NCBI GenBank assembly: GCA_018059165.1
Contig: JAGOYM010000002.1
Location: 1-40,496 of the forward strand
Length of the DNA stretch: 40,496 nucleotides
Reading direction: 5' to 3'
Source: Leptotrichiaceae bacterium
GTDB lineage: Bacteria; Fusobacteriota; Fusobacteriia; Fusobacteriales; Leptotrichiaceae
Positions 9,529 to 19,845 of this stretch are shown in pieces. The notes under the pieces were generated by a model, which ran no database searches, was not told the origin of the DNA, and was given only the letters and a program-made list of their open reading frames with translations. A program made the translations under genes and the position numbers. Every line of letters begins with the position of its first letter. Positions within the stretch are counted from its first letter, which is position 1.

Positions 9529-10587
9529 CTATATTTTATCATGAATACTAAACTTTAAAAATGTTTCAGAGTAATATTTATCTCCTTTTTTTAAAATTTG
9601 CATTTCTTTCTCACTTATATCACTGCTATTTATTTTATTAGGAATTGCTTGTGTCTCTAATGCAATACCAATATAGCGCTCATTTGCAAATTTAAGAAAA
9701 TTACCACTATAAAAGACTAAACTCTCTTGATTAGTAATAATATCCATTTTAATTCCACTTGTTTGCGAATAAAGGCTCGCATCAACAGAAAATTCTTTTG
9801 AGCTCTTATCTAATATAAATGGATGGTCATAACCTCTTGTTATTAGAAACTGCTCATGTCCTTCTAATAAGCCTTCCTCTATTATTCTATACGATCTAAA
9901 GTCAAATATTGAAGACTTTACATCTTTCACATTCCTTGGAATCATATTACTATCCAATTCTAAAAATTTCTCTGCATTTATTTTAAGTGTTTGTTTTGCA
10001 CCATTTTCTCTAAAGCTTTCATTATTTTCAATCTCACATCCAGAAAGATTGAAATAAGAATGATTTGTTAAGTTAACATATGTATCTTTATCTGATACAG
10101 CTTGATACTCCATCTTTAATGTACTATTTTCTTCTATTGTGTATTTAATACTTACGTTAAGGTTCCCTGGGTATCCTTCTTCCATATCAGGGCTTATATA
10201 ATTCAATACTATCCCATTCTCTATAATTTCTACATCAAATATTTTCTTATCTAATCCTTCTCTACCACCGTGGGATGAGTTATTGCCATTATTTATATGC
10301 AGTGAAAATTCTTCTCCATCTATTGAAAATTTCCCTTTTTCTGTTCTGCCTGCTGTTCTTCCAATTATTGCGCCAATATATGATTCATTTTTCTTATAGT
10401 CTTCAAATGTATTATATCCTAAAACAATATTTACAAATTTATTATTTCTATCTTTTGTAATAATATCTGTTATTATTGCGCCATAATTTATAACATTTAC
10501 TTGAAACCCGCTGTCATCAATCATTTTATACTTGTTTATTTCTCTTCCATTCATATCACCAAAAGTTTCTTTATATATTGTCACCAT
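9529..10587 (-). CDS. galM: Aldose 1-epimerase (galactose mutarotase)
   Basis: Motifs seen: NNSSHGG, TNHSYFNL, ALETQ. The start is set to ATG 10587, 7 nt after GGGAG. The track start is a TTG at 10602. Confidence 0.85.
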   Translation of the reverse strand: MVTIYKETFGDMNGREINKYKMIDDSGFQVNVINYGAIITDIITKDRNNKFVNIVLGYNTFEDYKKNESYIGAIIGRTAGRTEKGKFSIDGEEFSLHINNGNNSSHGGREGLDKKIFDVEIIENGIVLNYISPDMEEGYPGNLNVSIKYTIEENSTLKMEYQAVSDKDTYVNLTNHSYFNLSGCEIENNESFRENGAKQTLKINAEKFLELDSNMIPRNVKDVKSSIFDFRSYRIIEEGLLEGHEQFLITRGYDHPFILDKSSKEFSVDASLYSQTSGIKMDIITNQESLVFYSGNFLKFANERYIGIALETQAIPNKINSSDISEKEMQILKKGDKYYSETFLKFSIHDKI

Positions 10588-10604
10588 TCTTAATTCTCCC
10601 AATA

Positions 10605-11765
10605 TTATATTTTTCTTGCTCCATCACTTACTGCTACAATATAAAAATCAGCATTGAGACCTGTTTTTTCTCTGTATTCTGTTCCTACGTTTTTTATAAA
10701 CATATTCACCTTATCCTTTTCAACAATAGCAACTGTACAACCACCAAAGCCTGCACCTGTCATTCTAGCACCTATGACTCCTTCTTGTTTCCATGCTGCT
10801 TCTACTAATGAATCTAGCTCTTTTCCTGTAACTTCATAATCATCTCTCAATGATACATGTGATTCATTCATTAATTTACCAAACTCTTCTAATCTACCAT
10901 CCGACAAAGCTTTCTGTGCTTTTAAAGTTCTTTGATTCTCATAAACCGCATGTTTTGCTCTTTTTCTTTCTATTTCATTAGTTATTATATTTTTATTTTT
11001 TTCAAATTCATCTATTGACAGTTCACCAAGAGCTTTTATATCTAATTTTGCTTGTAATTGAGTTAGTGCATGCTCACATTCACTTCTTCTCTCGTTATAC
11101 TTAGAATCTGCCAATCCTCTTTTTTTATTTGTATTTCCAATAACTATATCGTGATTTTTCAATATTACTGGGACATATTCATATTTTAACGTATTACAAT
11201 CAAGTAATATTGCATTATCTTTTTTTCCCATACCTATTGCAAATTGATCCATAATTCCTGAATTTACTCCAATGAATTTATTTTCTGCTATTTGACTCAT
11301 CTTAACCATATCTACCATATCTACATTTAATTGAAATAGGTCTTTGAGTACTATTGATGTTGCTAATTCAATTGATGCAGATGAAGATAATCCAGATCCA
11401 TTAGGAATTGTTCCATAAAATAATATATCAAATCCTGTGTCAATTTTAAATCCCGCATCAATAAATGTTTTTATAACTCCTTTAGGATAATTTGACCACC
11501 CATGTTTACTTTCATTTTCCAATTTTTCTAAAGTGAATTCGTAAGCTCCTAGTTTTGCAAAATTTTCTGAATACATTCTAAATTTATTATCTTCTCTTTT
11601 TCTGACTAAAGCAAATGTTCCAATATCTATAGCACATGGGAATACATTTCCACCATTATAATCAGTGTGTTCTCCAATTAGATTTACTCTCCCAGGCGAA
11701 AAAAATTCCTCTTCTGATTCATACCCGAAAATTTCTAAAAACTTTTTCTTCAAATTTTCTATCAT
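10605..11765 (-). CDS. galK: Galactokinase
   Basis: Galactokinase signature GRVNLIGEHTDYNGG, GHMP motif PNGSGLSSSASIE, and GAGFGGC. The start is set to ATG 11765 (MIENLKKKF), preceded by AAGGAG. The 25-codon extension in the ORF track begins at a TTG inside a hairpin. Confidence 0.95.
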   Translation of the reverse strand: MIENLKKKFLEIFGYESEEEFFSPGRVNLIGEHTDYNGGNVFPCAIDIGTFALVRKREDNKFRMYSENFAKLGAYEFTLEKLENESKHGWSNYPKGVIKTFIDAGFKIDTGFDILFYGTIPNGSGLSSSASIELATSIVLKDLFQLNVDMVDMVKMSQIAENKFIGVNSGIMDQFAIGMGKKDNAILLDCNTLKYEYVPVILKNHDIVIGNTNKKRGLADSKYNERRSECEHALTQLQAKLDIKALGELSIDEFEKNKNIITNEIERKRAKHAVYENQRTLKAQKALSDGRLEEFGKLMNESHVSLRDDYEVTGKELDSLVEAAWKQEGVIGARMTGAGFGGCTVAIVEKDKVNMFIKNVGTEYREKTGLNADFYIVAVSDGARKI

Positions 11766-11802
11766 ATTAGTCTCCTTCTTTGCTTTTATTTGAACTTTTT
11801 CT

Positions 11803-11846
11803 AAAAAATTCTCCTCTATATAGAATTCTATTCTATACAAAGGAGA
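11803..11846 (-). terminator. Hairpin plus U-tract between mglC and galK (terminator or attenuator)
   Basis: The minus-strand RNA reads UCUCCUUUGUAUAGAAU-ag-AAUUCUAUAUAGAGGAGA followed by AUUUUUU. Two plus-strand mismatches become G.U pairs only on the minus strand. Confidence 0.55.
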
Positions 11847-11866
11847 CTTATTGTTTTTTCTATGTT

Positions 11867-12919
11867 CTATGTTCTTTTTCTATATTTCAATGTATCTATT
11901 GCTACTGCTGATATTATGATTAATCCTTTTATTATATATTGCCAATAAGGACTTACTCCTATGTACGATAATCCATAATTTATTAATGTAAAGATTAGTA
12001 CACCTGTTATTACTCCTTTAATTTTTCCAATTCCTCCACTAAATGAAACTCCTCCAACAACACATGCTGCTATTGCATCTAACTCATATAAGTTTCCTAC
12101 GTTATTTGTTGCTGATCCTATACGTGCTGCCTCTAGGAATCCTCCTAATGCATATAATACTCCTGCTATAACATATACTAATATAAGTGTTCTTGTAACA
12201 TTAACTCCAGATACTTTTGCTGCTTCTGGATTTCCTCCTACTGCATATATATTTTTCCCAAATGTTGTCTTATTCCAAACTACCCACATTATTAATGTTG
12301 CTATTGTTGCATATACTATTAAATATGATAATCTCATTTGTCCTGATTGAAAAACAGCTCCTTGAACTAATTTTGAATACTCTGGTTTAAATGATGCTAC
12401 TGGAGATGCTCCTACAGCATCAAAAAGTAATGAATTAAATCCATAAAATATTATCATTGTTCCTAATGTTGTTATGAATGGTGTTACTTGGAGTTTAGCA
12501 ATAATGAATCCATTGATGAATCCAAATAATGCTCCTATTAAACATACTATGATAATAACCATTACTATTGCAACTTGAGGTGGCATACTTTTTATTATCC
12601 CACCAAATGGTAATTTAGATAGCGTAAGTGCTTTACCTGATGCTTGTAAAAATATTGCTGATACTAGTGCTGCAACCCCTACTTGTCTTCCTGCTGACAA
12701 ATCAGTTCCTTGTGTTAAAATCAATCCTGCAACCCCTAATGCGATTATTACTCTTACTGAAGATTGAGTAAGTATATTCTGAAAATTTATCAAGCTAAAA
12801 AATGATGCATCTTTAATCCCTATTATTATTAATAATATTATTAATACTAAATATATTCCACCATTCATTAAAAATTCTTTTGCATTGAATTTCTTTTTTT
12901 CTAATTGTTTCTCTGCCAT
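11867..12919 (-). CDS. mglC: Galactose/methyl-galactoside ABC transporter permease
   Basis: 350 aa polytopic membrane protein with the TQGTDLSAGRQVG motif of the AraH/RbsC/MglC permease family. SD is AGGAGG. Confidence 0.88.
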   Translation of the reverse strand: MAEKQLEKKKFNAKEFLMNGGIYLVLIILLIIIGIKDASFFSLINFQNILTQSSVRVIIALGVAGLILTQGTDLSAGRQVGVAALVSAIFLQASGKALTLSKLPFGGIIKSMPPQVAIVMVIIIVCLIGALFGFINGFIIAKLQVTPFITTLGTMIIFYGFNSLLFDAVGASPVASFKPEYSKLVQGAVFQSGQMRLSYLIVYATIATLIMWVVWNKTTFGKNIYAVGGNPEAAKVSGVNVTRTLILVYVIAGVLYALGGFLEAARIGSATNNVGNLYELDAIAACVVGGVSFSGGIGKIKGVITGVLIFTLINYGLSYIGVSPYWQYIIKGLIIISAVAIDTLKYRKRT

Positions 12920-12928
12920 TTCTACCTC

Positions 12929-14443
12929 CTATAAGTACTTTGCAGTTAATTTTAAAATTTCTTCTTGTGAAGTTTCTTTTGTGTTTACGATTCCAGCAAC
13001 TCTTCCATTACTCATAACTAATATTCTATCTGTTACTCCCAATAACTCTGGCATTTCTGATGAAATCATCACTACACCTTTATCTTTATTTGCTAGATTT
13101 ATCATAAGTTGATATATTTCAAATTTTGCTCCTACATCAATTCCTCTTGTAGGTTCATCCATTAATAATATTTCTGGTTCTGTTAATAACCAACGACCTA
13201 TTATTACTTTTTGTTGGTTCCCTCCTGATAGACTACCTATTTGAGTCTTCTGGGTTGGTGTCTTAACTCTCATACTATCTATAACCCATTTAGTATCTTT
13301 TGTAATCTTACTATCATCTAATAACCCTGCAGTCCCTTTGTAACTTTTTATATTTGAAATAATAGAATTGAATTTTATATCCAACATACCAAAAATACCT
13401 GTTGTTCGTCTTTCTTCTGTTATCAATGCCAAACCATTTTGAGTTGCTTCTTTTGGACTTCTTATATTTGTTTTCTTACCATGAATGTATATTTCTCCAC
13501 TTTCTATACTTCTCATTCCAAAAATTGTCTCCACTATTTCTGTTCTTTTTGCTCCTACAAGTCCTGCAATTCCTAATATTTCACCTTTGTGAAGATCAAA
13601 TGTTACATCTATTATAGAAGGCTGTACTTTTGCTGTTAGATTTTTTACTTCCATAATAACTTCTTTTGGTATATTACTTTTTTCAGGAAATCTACTTGTT
13701 AAATCTCTTCCTACCATTAAATTGATGACATGGTCTGTTGACATCCCTTCAACTTTCTCTGTCGCAATCCATTTCCCATCTCTTAATATTGTTATTTCAT
13801 CACAAAGAGCTGTTATTTCTTCCATTTTATGTGATATGTAGACAACTCCAATTCCTTGATCTTTTAATTTTCTTACTATTTTAAATAAGTGATTTACCTC
13901 ATTTTCTGTAAGTGATGATGTTGGTTCATCTAGTATTAAAACTTTTGATTTGTATGATACTGCTTTTGCTATTTCTAACATTTGCATTTGAGATACTGAT
14001 AATTTTTCAACTTTTATTCTTGGATCTATATTTATTTCTAAATCTTCGAATATTTTTTTTGTATCTTTATACATTTTCTCTTCATCTATAAATCCAGCTT
14101 TTTTAGGATATCTACCTAACCAAATATTGTCCATTACATTTCTTTGTAATACTTGATTTAACTCCTGATGTACCATTGAAACTCCATATTCTAACGCTTC
14201 TTTCGAACTTTTAAAGTTAATTTCTTGTCCATCTAGATAAATTTTACCTGCATCTTTATTATAAATTCCAAACAAACATTTCATCAGTGTAGATTTACCT
14301 GCTCCATTCTCTCCCATTAAAGCATGGACACTATGAGGTCTTATTTTTAATTGTACATCATCGAGTGCTTTTACTCCTGGAAACTCTTTTGTAATTCCGA
14401 TCATTTCCAATGCATATTCGTATTTTTTTGCATTACCTTCCAT
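12929..14443 (-). CDS. mglA: Galactose/methyl-galactoside ABC transporter ATP-binding protein (duplicated ABC domains)
   Basis: 504 aa. It has Walker [22 protein letters not shown], Walker [11 protein letters not shown], and in the second domain [15 protein letters not shown] and [11 protein letters not shown]. Confidence 0.9.
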   Translation of the reverse strand: MEGNAKKYEYALEMIGITKEFPGVKALDDVQLKIRPHSVHALMGENGAGKSTLMKCLFGIYNKDAGKIYLDGQEINFKSSKEALEYGVSMVHQELNQVLQRNVMDNIWLGRYPKKAGFIDEEKMYKDTKKIFEDLEINIDPRIKVEKLSVSQMQMLEIAKAVSYKSKVLILDEPTSSLTENEVNHLFKIVRKLKDQGIGVVYISHKMEEITALCDEITILRDGKWIATEKVEGMSTDHVINLMVGRDLTSRFPEKSNIPKEVIMEVKNLTAKVQPSIIDVTFDLHKGEILGIAGLVGAKRTEIVETIFGMRSIESGEIYIHGKKTNIRSPKEATQNGLALITEERRTTGIFGMLDIKFNSIISNIKSYKGTAGLLDDSKITKDTKWVIDSMRVKTPTQKTQIGSLSGGNQQKVIIGRWLLTEPEILLMDEPTRGIDVGAKFEIYQLMINLANKDKGVVMISSEMPELLGVTDRILVMSNGRVAGIVNTKETSQEEILKLTAKYL

Positions 14444-14484
14444 TTTTCACCTCTTCTTTTAGAGTGTTTTATTTTTTCTTAAAA

Positions 14485-14522
14485 GATACCACAAACAAAT
14501 TTTTGATTTTGATTGTGGCATC
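14485..14522 (-). promoter_or_regulatory. Intercistronic stem-loop between mglB and mglA
   Basis: The minus-strand RNA reads GAUGCCACAA-(18 nt)-UUGUGGUAUC followed by UUUUAAG. The plus-strand A.C mismatch is a G.U pair on the minus strand. The U-tract is short. Confidence 0.45.
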
Positions 14523-14536
14523 CATATTATTTACTT

Positions 14537-15550
14537 CTATTTAAAATCTTTTGCATTATCTTTATCTACACCAACATACGCTACTCTTACTGCTTTATCT
14601 ACTAATTTCCAAGTTGTTCCTGCGATTGCATCTTTTCCTTGAGCTAAGTTAAATGCCAATTCAAATGTTGCTTTTGCTTGATTTTTAGCATCATTCAATA
14701 CAGTTCCCATCATTTCTCCAGATTCAATTTTCGCAATTGCTTCTGCTAAGGCATCTACTCCAAATACTGGTAATTTTTTACCTGCACCTTTTAATGATTC
14801 TATTGCTCCTAATGCCATTCCATCATTATTCGTGATTACAACTTCAATTTTATCTCTATTTGGTCCTGAAATCCATGCATCCATTTTATCTTTTGCTTGA
14901 GCTGTATCCCACATAGCTGTATCTTCTTGTAATTTTTCAGTTTGGATACCTTTATCATTTAATTCTTTAATTGAGTATTTTGTTCTTGCTTCTGCATCAG
15001 GATGCCCTGGTTCTCCTTTTAACATAACATATTGGATTTTACCATCTTTGTTTAAATCCCATTCTGGATGTGCTTTCCATTGTTTTTCTATTATGTCTCC
15101 TTGAATAATTCCTGATTCTTCTGATTTTGTACCTACATAAAATACTTTATCCCAACTTGCCATTGCTTCAGGTGTTGGCTCTTTATTATAAAATACAACT
15201 GGTATATTTGCTGCTTTTGCTTTGTCAATTATTGTTTGTGCTGCTGCTGGATCTACTAAATTTATTGCTAATACTTTTACACCTTTTGAAATCATTACAT
15301 CAACTTGGTCATTTTGAGTAGATTGGCTGTTTTGTGAATCATTCATTATTAATTCTGCCCCTGCTACTCCACCTAATTTTTCTATTTCTTGTCTTACTAA
15401 TGCCATGAAGTTATCATCATACTTATAAACTGTAACTCCAATTTTTACTTTTCCCCCAGCTGGTGCTGCTGCCCCTGCTGCTGCTTCTTTTTTCCCTCCA
15501 CATGAAACTAATGTTCCTAGCACAACTGCTAATAATAATAATTTTTTCAT
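14537..15550 (-). CDS. mglB: Galactose/glucose ABC transporter substrate-binding lipoprotein
   Basis: 337 aa. It has a signal peptide with lipobox LVSCGG and a [14 protein letters not shown] start to the mature domain, typical of MglB. It is adjacent to mglA and mglC. Confidence 0.9.
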   Translation of the reverse strand: MKKLLLLAVVLGTLVSCGGKKEAAAGAAAPAGGKVKIGVTVYKYDDNFMALVRQEIEKLGGVAGAELIMNDSQNSQSTQNDQVDVMISKGVKVLAINLVDPAAAQTIIDKAKAANIPVVFYNKEPTPEAMASWDKVFYVGTKSEESGIIQGDIIEKQWKAHPEWDLNKDGKIQYVMLKGEPGHPDAEARTKYSIKELNDKGIQTEKLQEDTAMWDTAQAKDKMDAWISGPNRDKIEVVITNNDGMALGAIESLKGAGKKLPVFGVDALAEAIAKIESGEMMGTVLNDAKNQAKATFELAFNLAQGKDAIAGTTWKLVDKAVRVAYVGVDKDNAKDFK

Positions 15551-15560
15551 ACCTTCACCT

Positions 15561-16775
15561 CTATATTTTTTTTTTATTACCTTTGATATCCTTAAAATCT
15601 GCTTGTAGAATTTTTCTTTCTTTAAAAAGATTTGTTATGACTAATGAAAACGCTCCATAAACGCCAATAGAATCATCTAATTGTGTTGGTTTTACAATTA
15701 TTGTTTTATTTGCATTATTAATCAACATTTTCTCCATACCCTTATTAAAATTATCAAAAAAAACATTTCTAGAGCTTATAATGTCCCCGCATACAAATAT
15801 TGAATTAATGTTTAGCACATTTAAGACGTTTCCTAATGCTTTGCCTATTTCATAAGACGCTTCTTTAACAGTAGAATAATAAGGCTCCTTCTTTTCCATT
15901 GCTTTTTCATAAATAATTTTGATATTATCATCTTCTTTTTGTTGCTCAATATTATTTACTTCAAAGTGCCAACTTACTTTATCTTTTATAGCTTGATCTG
16001 AAAATTCTGCTTCCAAACATCCGTATTTCCCACAGCTACATTTTGTTGTTGAATTTTCTTTTACAACATAATGTCCTATTTCACCAGCACTATATGTGTT
16101 TCCTTCAAAAGGTTTACCATCTATTACTATTGATGATCCTATTCCATTACTTATGTAAAGCATGACAAAACTATTTAACTTCTCTGCGCTTCCAAACTCA
16201 TGCTCAGCTATCGCCATTGCTCTAACATCATTTTCAACTATTATCGGCATCTTATAGAGTTTTTCAAGCAACTCTTTTATGTTTAACTCTCTCCATCTAA
16301 AATGTGGCGAAAATAATGAAATACCTTCTTTGTTATCAACAATTCCATGAAGTGCTAATCCTAATCCAACAATTTCATTAATATTATATTTACTTAACAT
16401 TTTAGAAATTTCTTGAAAAAGTAACTCTACTACTTTGGCTTGAGTTTTATATGTAAAATATTTTTTGTCTGCTTCCAACAACTTTCCATCTAATTGCCCA
16501 ATAGCTACTTCAATAAATTCCGGACCTAAATTGATACCTATTATTTTTTTATAACCACTATTAATTTTCAGTGTTTTTTTTGGCCTTCCTCCTGTTGATT
16601 GAAGTGAATGGCTTTCAACAATTAGATTATACGATATCAACTTTTTTATTATCTTTGATATAGCTGCTGGTGTTAAATTAAAAAAAATTGAAAGATCTGT
16701 TCTAGAAATTTTGCTATCTATTCTTATCCTTTCTAGAACTTGATAATCCGTTGAATTTAAATTTTTCATTTTCAC
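15561..16775 (-). CDS. ROK-family transcriptional regulator (N-terminal winged HTH plus sugar-kinase-like domain)
   Basis: 404 aa. It has an HTH region ([22 protein letters not shown]), the ROK core [25 protein letters not shown] and the zinc motif [10 protein letters not shown]. The stop lies 10 nt before the mglB ATG. The start is either GTG 16775 or ATG 16769 and is unresolved. Confidence 0.8.
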   Translation of the reverse strand: MKMKNLNSTDYQVLERIRIDSKISRTDLSIFFNLTPAAISKIIKKLISYNLIVESHSLQSTGGRPKKTLKINSGYKKIIGINLGPEFIEVAIGQLDGKLLEADKKYFTYKTQAKVVELLFQEISKMLSKYNINEIVGLGLALHGIVDNKEGISLFSPHFRWRELNIKELLEKLYKMPIIVENDVRAMAIAEHEFGSAEKLNSFVMLYISNGIGSSIVIDGKPFEGNTYSAGEIGHYVVKENSTTKCSCGKYGCLEAEFSDQAIKDKVSWHFEVNNIEQQKEDDNIKIIYEKAMEKKEPYYSTVKEASYEIGKALGNVLNVLNINSIFVCGDIISSRNVFFDNFNKGMEKMLINNANKTIIVKPTQLDDSIGVYGAFSLVITNLFKERKILQADFKDIKGNKKKI

Positions 16776-16793
16776 CGCCCTATCTACACTCCA

Positions 16794-16821
16794 TTTATAC
16801 CTCGGTTTTCTTCATTTACAA
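16794..16821 (-). promoter_or_regulatory. Candidate sigma-70 promoter for the ROK-mgl operon
   Basis: The minus strand reads TTGTAA-16 nt-TATAAA, ending about 20 nt upstream of the ROK gene start. Confidence 0.4.
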
Positions 16822-16977
16822 ATTTTTTTATTTTTTTTTGTTCTACTTACTTAACTTTTTTAAATAATTACAAACGCCTTGCTATATCATTGGTTCTCAG
16901 AGAAAAAACTTTATTAACTTTTTCAAAAGAAATATAGTTGTATTTTTTATACTCCATTATTTATTTCTATTCTTTAT

Positions 16978-19665
16978 TTACTTCAATTCTCCCCATGTTT
17001 TGGCAACGTTCCCGTTAGCTTTCAATCTCACACTATCAAATTTAATTGTATTTTCCATTAAATCATCTATTAGCGTCATGTATTTATCAATTGACTCATC
17101 TTTAACCTCAAATATTAATTCATCATGGACTTGAAGTAACATTTTTATATCTGTTTTATCTTTTAATGTTTTATATAATTCAATCATTACTACTTTAAGT
17201 ATATTTGCAGCAGTTCCTTGAACAACTGTATTAACTGCCATTCTTTCCGCTTGTGCTTGAAGATTTTTATTACTAGAATTTATTCCACTAATATATCTTC
17301 TTGTCCCATACAGAGTTTCCACAAATCCATTCAATCTTGCACTTTCTAAAACATCATTTAAAAATGTTCTTACTTTAGGATATTGTTCGAAATATGTATT
17401 TATATATATTTTTGCTTCTGCCATAGGTATTTTCAGTTCTTTTGACAATCCAAATGGTGTTTTTCCATACAGAATACTGAAATTTATTACTTTAGCAATA
17501 CTTCGTTCTTCTCTTGTAACTTCTTCCTCTTCTGTTTTGTAGAATAATCTTCTTGCTGTTAAATCGTGTAAATCTTTATCTTTCGAATAAGCGTGGACTA
17601 AATTCTCATCTTTCGATAATTCTGCCAATACTCTCAATTCAATTTGTGAATAATCAAAAGATATAAAACTGTACCCTTCTTTTGATACAAATCCTTTTCT
17701 AATCTTCATTCCTTCTTCTGTTTTTGATGGAATATTTTGTAAGTTAGGGTTTGTAGAAGATAATCTCCCTGTTGATGTTCCATTTTGATTAAATGTTGTA
17801 TGTATTCTACTATTTTCATCTACTAATTTAGGTAATGGCTCCACATATGTTGACAATAATTTTGCATAACTTCTGTATTCTAATAACTTCTCTGCTATGC
17901 TTATTTCTCTAAGTGCCAATGCTTCTAATACTTCAACATCAGTTGAATACCCTGTTTTTGTTTTTTTCACTGGTTCTATTTCTAATTTCTCAAACAGAAT
18001 TTCTGCTAACTGTTTCGGTGATCCTATATTGAATTTTTCTCCAGCTAATAAATATATTTCTTCTTCTAATTTTTTTATCTTTTCTTGTAGCTCGATTTTA
18101 TATGTTTCAAAATATTTTAGATCTACTTTTATTCCTTCTAATTCCATTTTTGCTAGTACGGGAATCAATTTGTTTTCTATATTTTCATAAACTTTACTAA
18201 GATGTTCATTTTTCAATCTTTCATCTAGCACCGTTTCTAATCTCTTTATTAAATAACTTCTTCTAGATAAGAATAGCGCCTTTTCTTCTATTGACACTAT
18301 TTCCAAATCATTTATATCTCTTTTCTTGAATTGATCTTCAAATTTTTCAAGATTTTCTCCAAACTCAGTAAATATTATATTTTCCAAATCTTGAGAACTT
18401 TCCGTTCCTAATACATACCATGCTAGGACAACATCAAAATAATTGACTCCGTTTGGCTCAAGTCCTTTTTTGAAGTAGTCTTTTATATTATATGCAACTA
18501 CTCTCTTATTTTTTATTTTAGAATATACTTCTTTTATATCACCTTTGTTATTTTCTTCATTGTAGAGTACTACAATATTCGTAGCATTATCACAAATAGA
18601 AATTCCAAATTCATTTTCATAAATAGATATTTCTTCTCCCATTTGATCTATTTTTTCATTCATTTTATTTAGATTGATGATCTCATAGGCTATTTCTGTA
18701 TTTACAGTTTTGTCAGTTTCTCTTGGCAATTTTTGCTCTTGCGTGTTACCAAAAAGACTCATACTTGGCTCTTGTTTCTCAACTTTTATAGTTTCTTTTT
18801 TTTCAATTTCTAATACAAATCTTTTGAATTCCATTTCTTTATATAGTGGTAATAAAATATCGTAGTCTTTTTCTTCAAGAATCAATTTGTCATGATCATA
18901 CTCTACATCAAGATTTCTATGTACCTCTGCAAGATCTCTACTTAAAAAAGCTTTTTCCTTATCTTCTATCAACTTTTCTTTTCTTTTACCTTTAATATCT
19001 TCTATATTCTCATACAATGTTTCTAAATCACCGTACTTATTAATCAGTTCAACACCTGTCTTTGGACCTATCCCCTGTACACCTGGTATTCCATCAGATG
19101 AATCACCCATTAATCCAAATAAATTAGATACTTGGTTAGGCTTTACACCTAAATATTCAACAACATCATCATCCGTTCTTATATATCTAAATAGTGATTT
19201 ACCTTCACCTTTACCTAATAATGCGATATTTACATGTCCATCAACCAATTGCATAAGATCTTTATCTCCTGTTACTACATATACCTCTATTCCATCTGCT
19301 GCAAATTTTGATGCTAATGTTGCAATTACATCATCTGCTTCATATCCAATCATCTTATATTTAGGGACTCTATATCCATCAAGAACTTCCATTATTTTTG
19401 GTAATTGTTGGACTAATTCATCTGGCATACTTTCTCTATGTGCTTTATATGTCTCCAAATCCTCTGATCTTTTCAATTCTGACCTTTTGACATCTAAGCA
19501 AGCAACTAGAAAATCTGGATTGAATTCTTTCAATACAGCATTCAATGTATTTATCATTCCATATGTAGCACCCGTTGACATTCCTTTTGAGTTTTTCATC
19601 CCCATTAATGCAAAATGATTTCTATATATTATTGCACTTGTATCAAGAATTACAGCTTTTTTCAT
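16978..19665 (-). CDS. polA: DNA polymerase I
   Basis: 895 aa. It has an N-terminal 5'-3' exonuclease domain, motif A DYSQIELRVLA, motif B RSIAKVINFSILYG and motif C QVHDELIFE. SD is GGGAGAG. Confidence 0.97.
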   Translation of the reverse strand: MKKAVILDTSAIIYRNHFALMGMKNSKGMSTGATYGMINTLNAVLKEFNPDFLVACLDVKRSELKRSEDLETYKAHRESMPDELVQQLPKIMEVLDGYRVPKYKMIGYEADDVIATLASKFAADGIEVYVVTGDKDLMQLVDGHVNIALLGKGEGKSLFRYIRTDDDVVEYLGVKPNQVSNLFGLMGDSSDGIPGVQGIGPKTGVELINKYGDLETLYENIEDIKGKRKEKLIEDKEKAFLSRDLAEVHRNLDVEYDHDKLILEEKDYDILLPLYKEMEFKRFVLEIEKKETIKVEKQEPSMSLFGNTQEQKLPRETDKTVNTEIAYEIINLNKMNEKIDQMGEEISIYENEFGISICDNATNIVVLYNEENNKGDIKEVYSKIKNKRVVAYNIKDYFKKGLEPNGVNYFDVVLAWYVLGTESSQDLENIIFTEFGENLEKFEDQFKKRDINDLEIVSIEEKALFLSRRSYLIKRLETVLDERLKNEHLSKVYENIENKLIPVLAKMELEGIKVDLKYFETYKIELQEKIKKLEEEIYLLAGEKFNIGSPKQLAEILFEKLEIEPVKKTKTGYSTDVEVLEALALREISIAEKLLEYRSYAKLLSTYVEPLPKLVDENSRIHTTFNQNGTSTGRLSSTNPNLQNIPSKTEEGMKIRKGFVSKEGYSFISFDYSQIELRVLAELSKDENLVHAYSKDKDLHDLTARRLFYKTEEEEVTREERSIAKVINFSILYGKTPFGLSKELKIPMAEAKIYINTYFEQYPKVRTFLNDVLESARLNGFVETLYGTRRYISGINSSNKNLQAQAERMAVNTVVQGTAANILKVVMIELYKTLKDKTDIKMLLQVHDELIFEVKDESIDKYMTLIDDLMENTIKFDSVRLKANGNVAKTWGELK

Positions 19666-19745
19666 CTATTTTCTCTCCCTTATATCTAAATATTCTATGT
19701 TTTATTTTCTCTAATATTATACCACATTTATTATCTAATTTCTTC

Positions 19746-19774
19746 TTGACTTTTTTCAAATAAAATAGTAATAT
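19746..19774 (+). promoter_or_regulatory. Candidate sigma-70 promoter for psuK-psuG
   Basis: TTGACT (19746-19751), a 17-nt spacer, then TAATAT (19769-19774). This leaves a leader of about 65 nt before the psuK ATG. Confidence 0.5.
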
Positions 19775-19845
19775 TAGATATGTCAATAAACAATAATCTT
19801 AAAAAATAAACAAGTGCTTATTAAATTTTAGAAAGGAGTGGTTCT

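Noticed and set aside
11766-11840. A 25-codon N-terminal extension of galK in the ORF track (MYRIEFYIEENFLEKVQIKAKKETN)
   Set aside because: It starts at a TTG inside the mglC-galK hairpin and has no SD. ATG 11765 has AAGGAG upstream and gives the normal galactokinase N-terminus.
11847-11875. A tandem ACATAGA-ACATAGA repeat at the mglC stop
   Set aside because: There are only two 7-nt copies, and they span the last codons and stop of mglC (AGA ACA TAG AAC ATA GAA). This is most simply coincidental.
15566-15575. A T10 run (A10 on the coding strand) at the extreme 3' end of the ROK regulator gene, as a possible slippage switch
   Set aside because: It encodes only the last KKK residues. A frameshift there would alter very few residues, and A/T runs of this length are common in such AT-rich genomes.
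16880-16925. A weak A/U hairpin after polA as a terminator (GAAAAAGUU-aauaa-AGUUUUUUC)
   Set aside because: The stem is almost entirely A-U and G.U pairs and no U-tract follows it. That is not enough to call a terminator.
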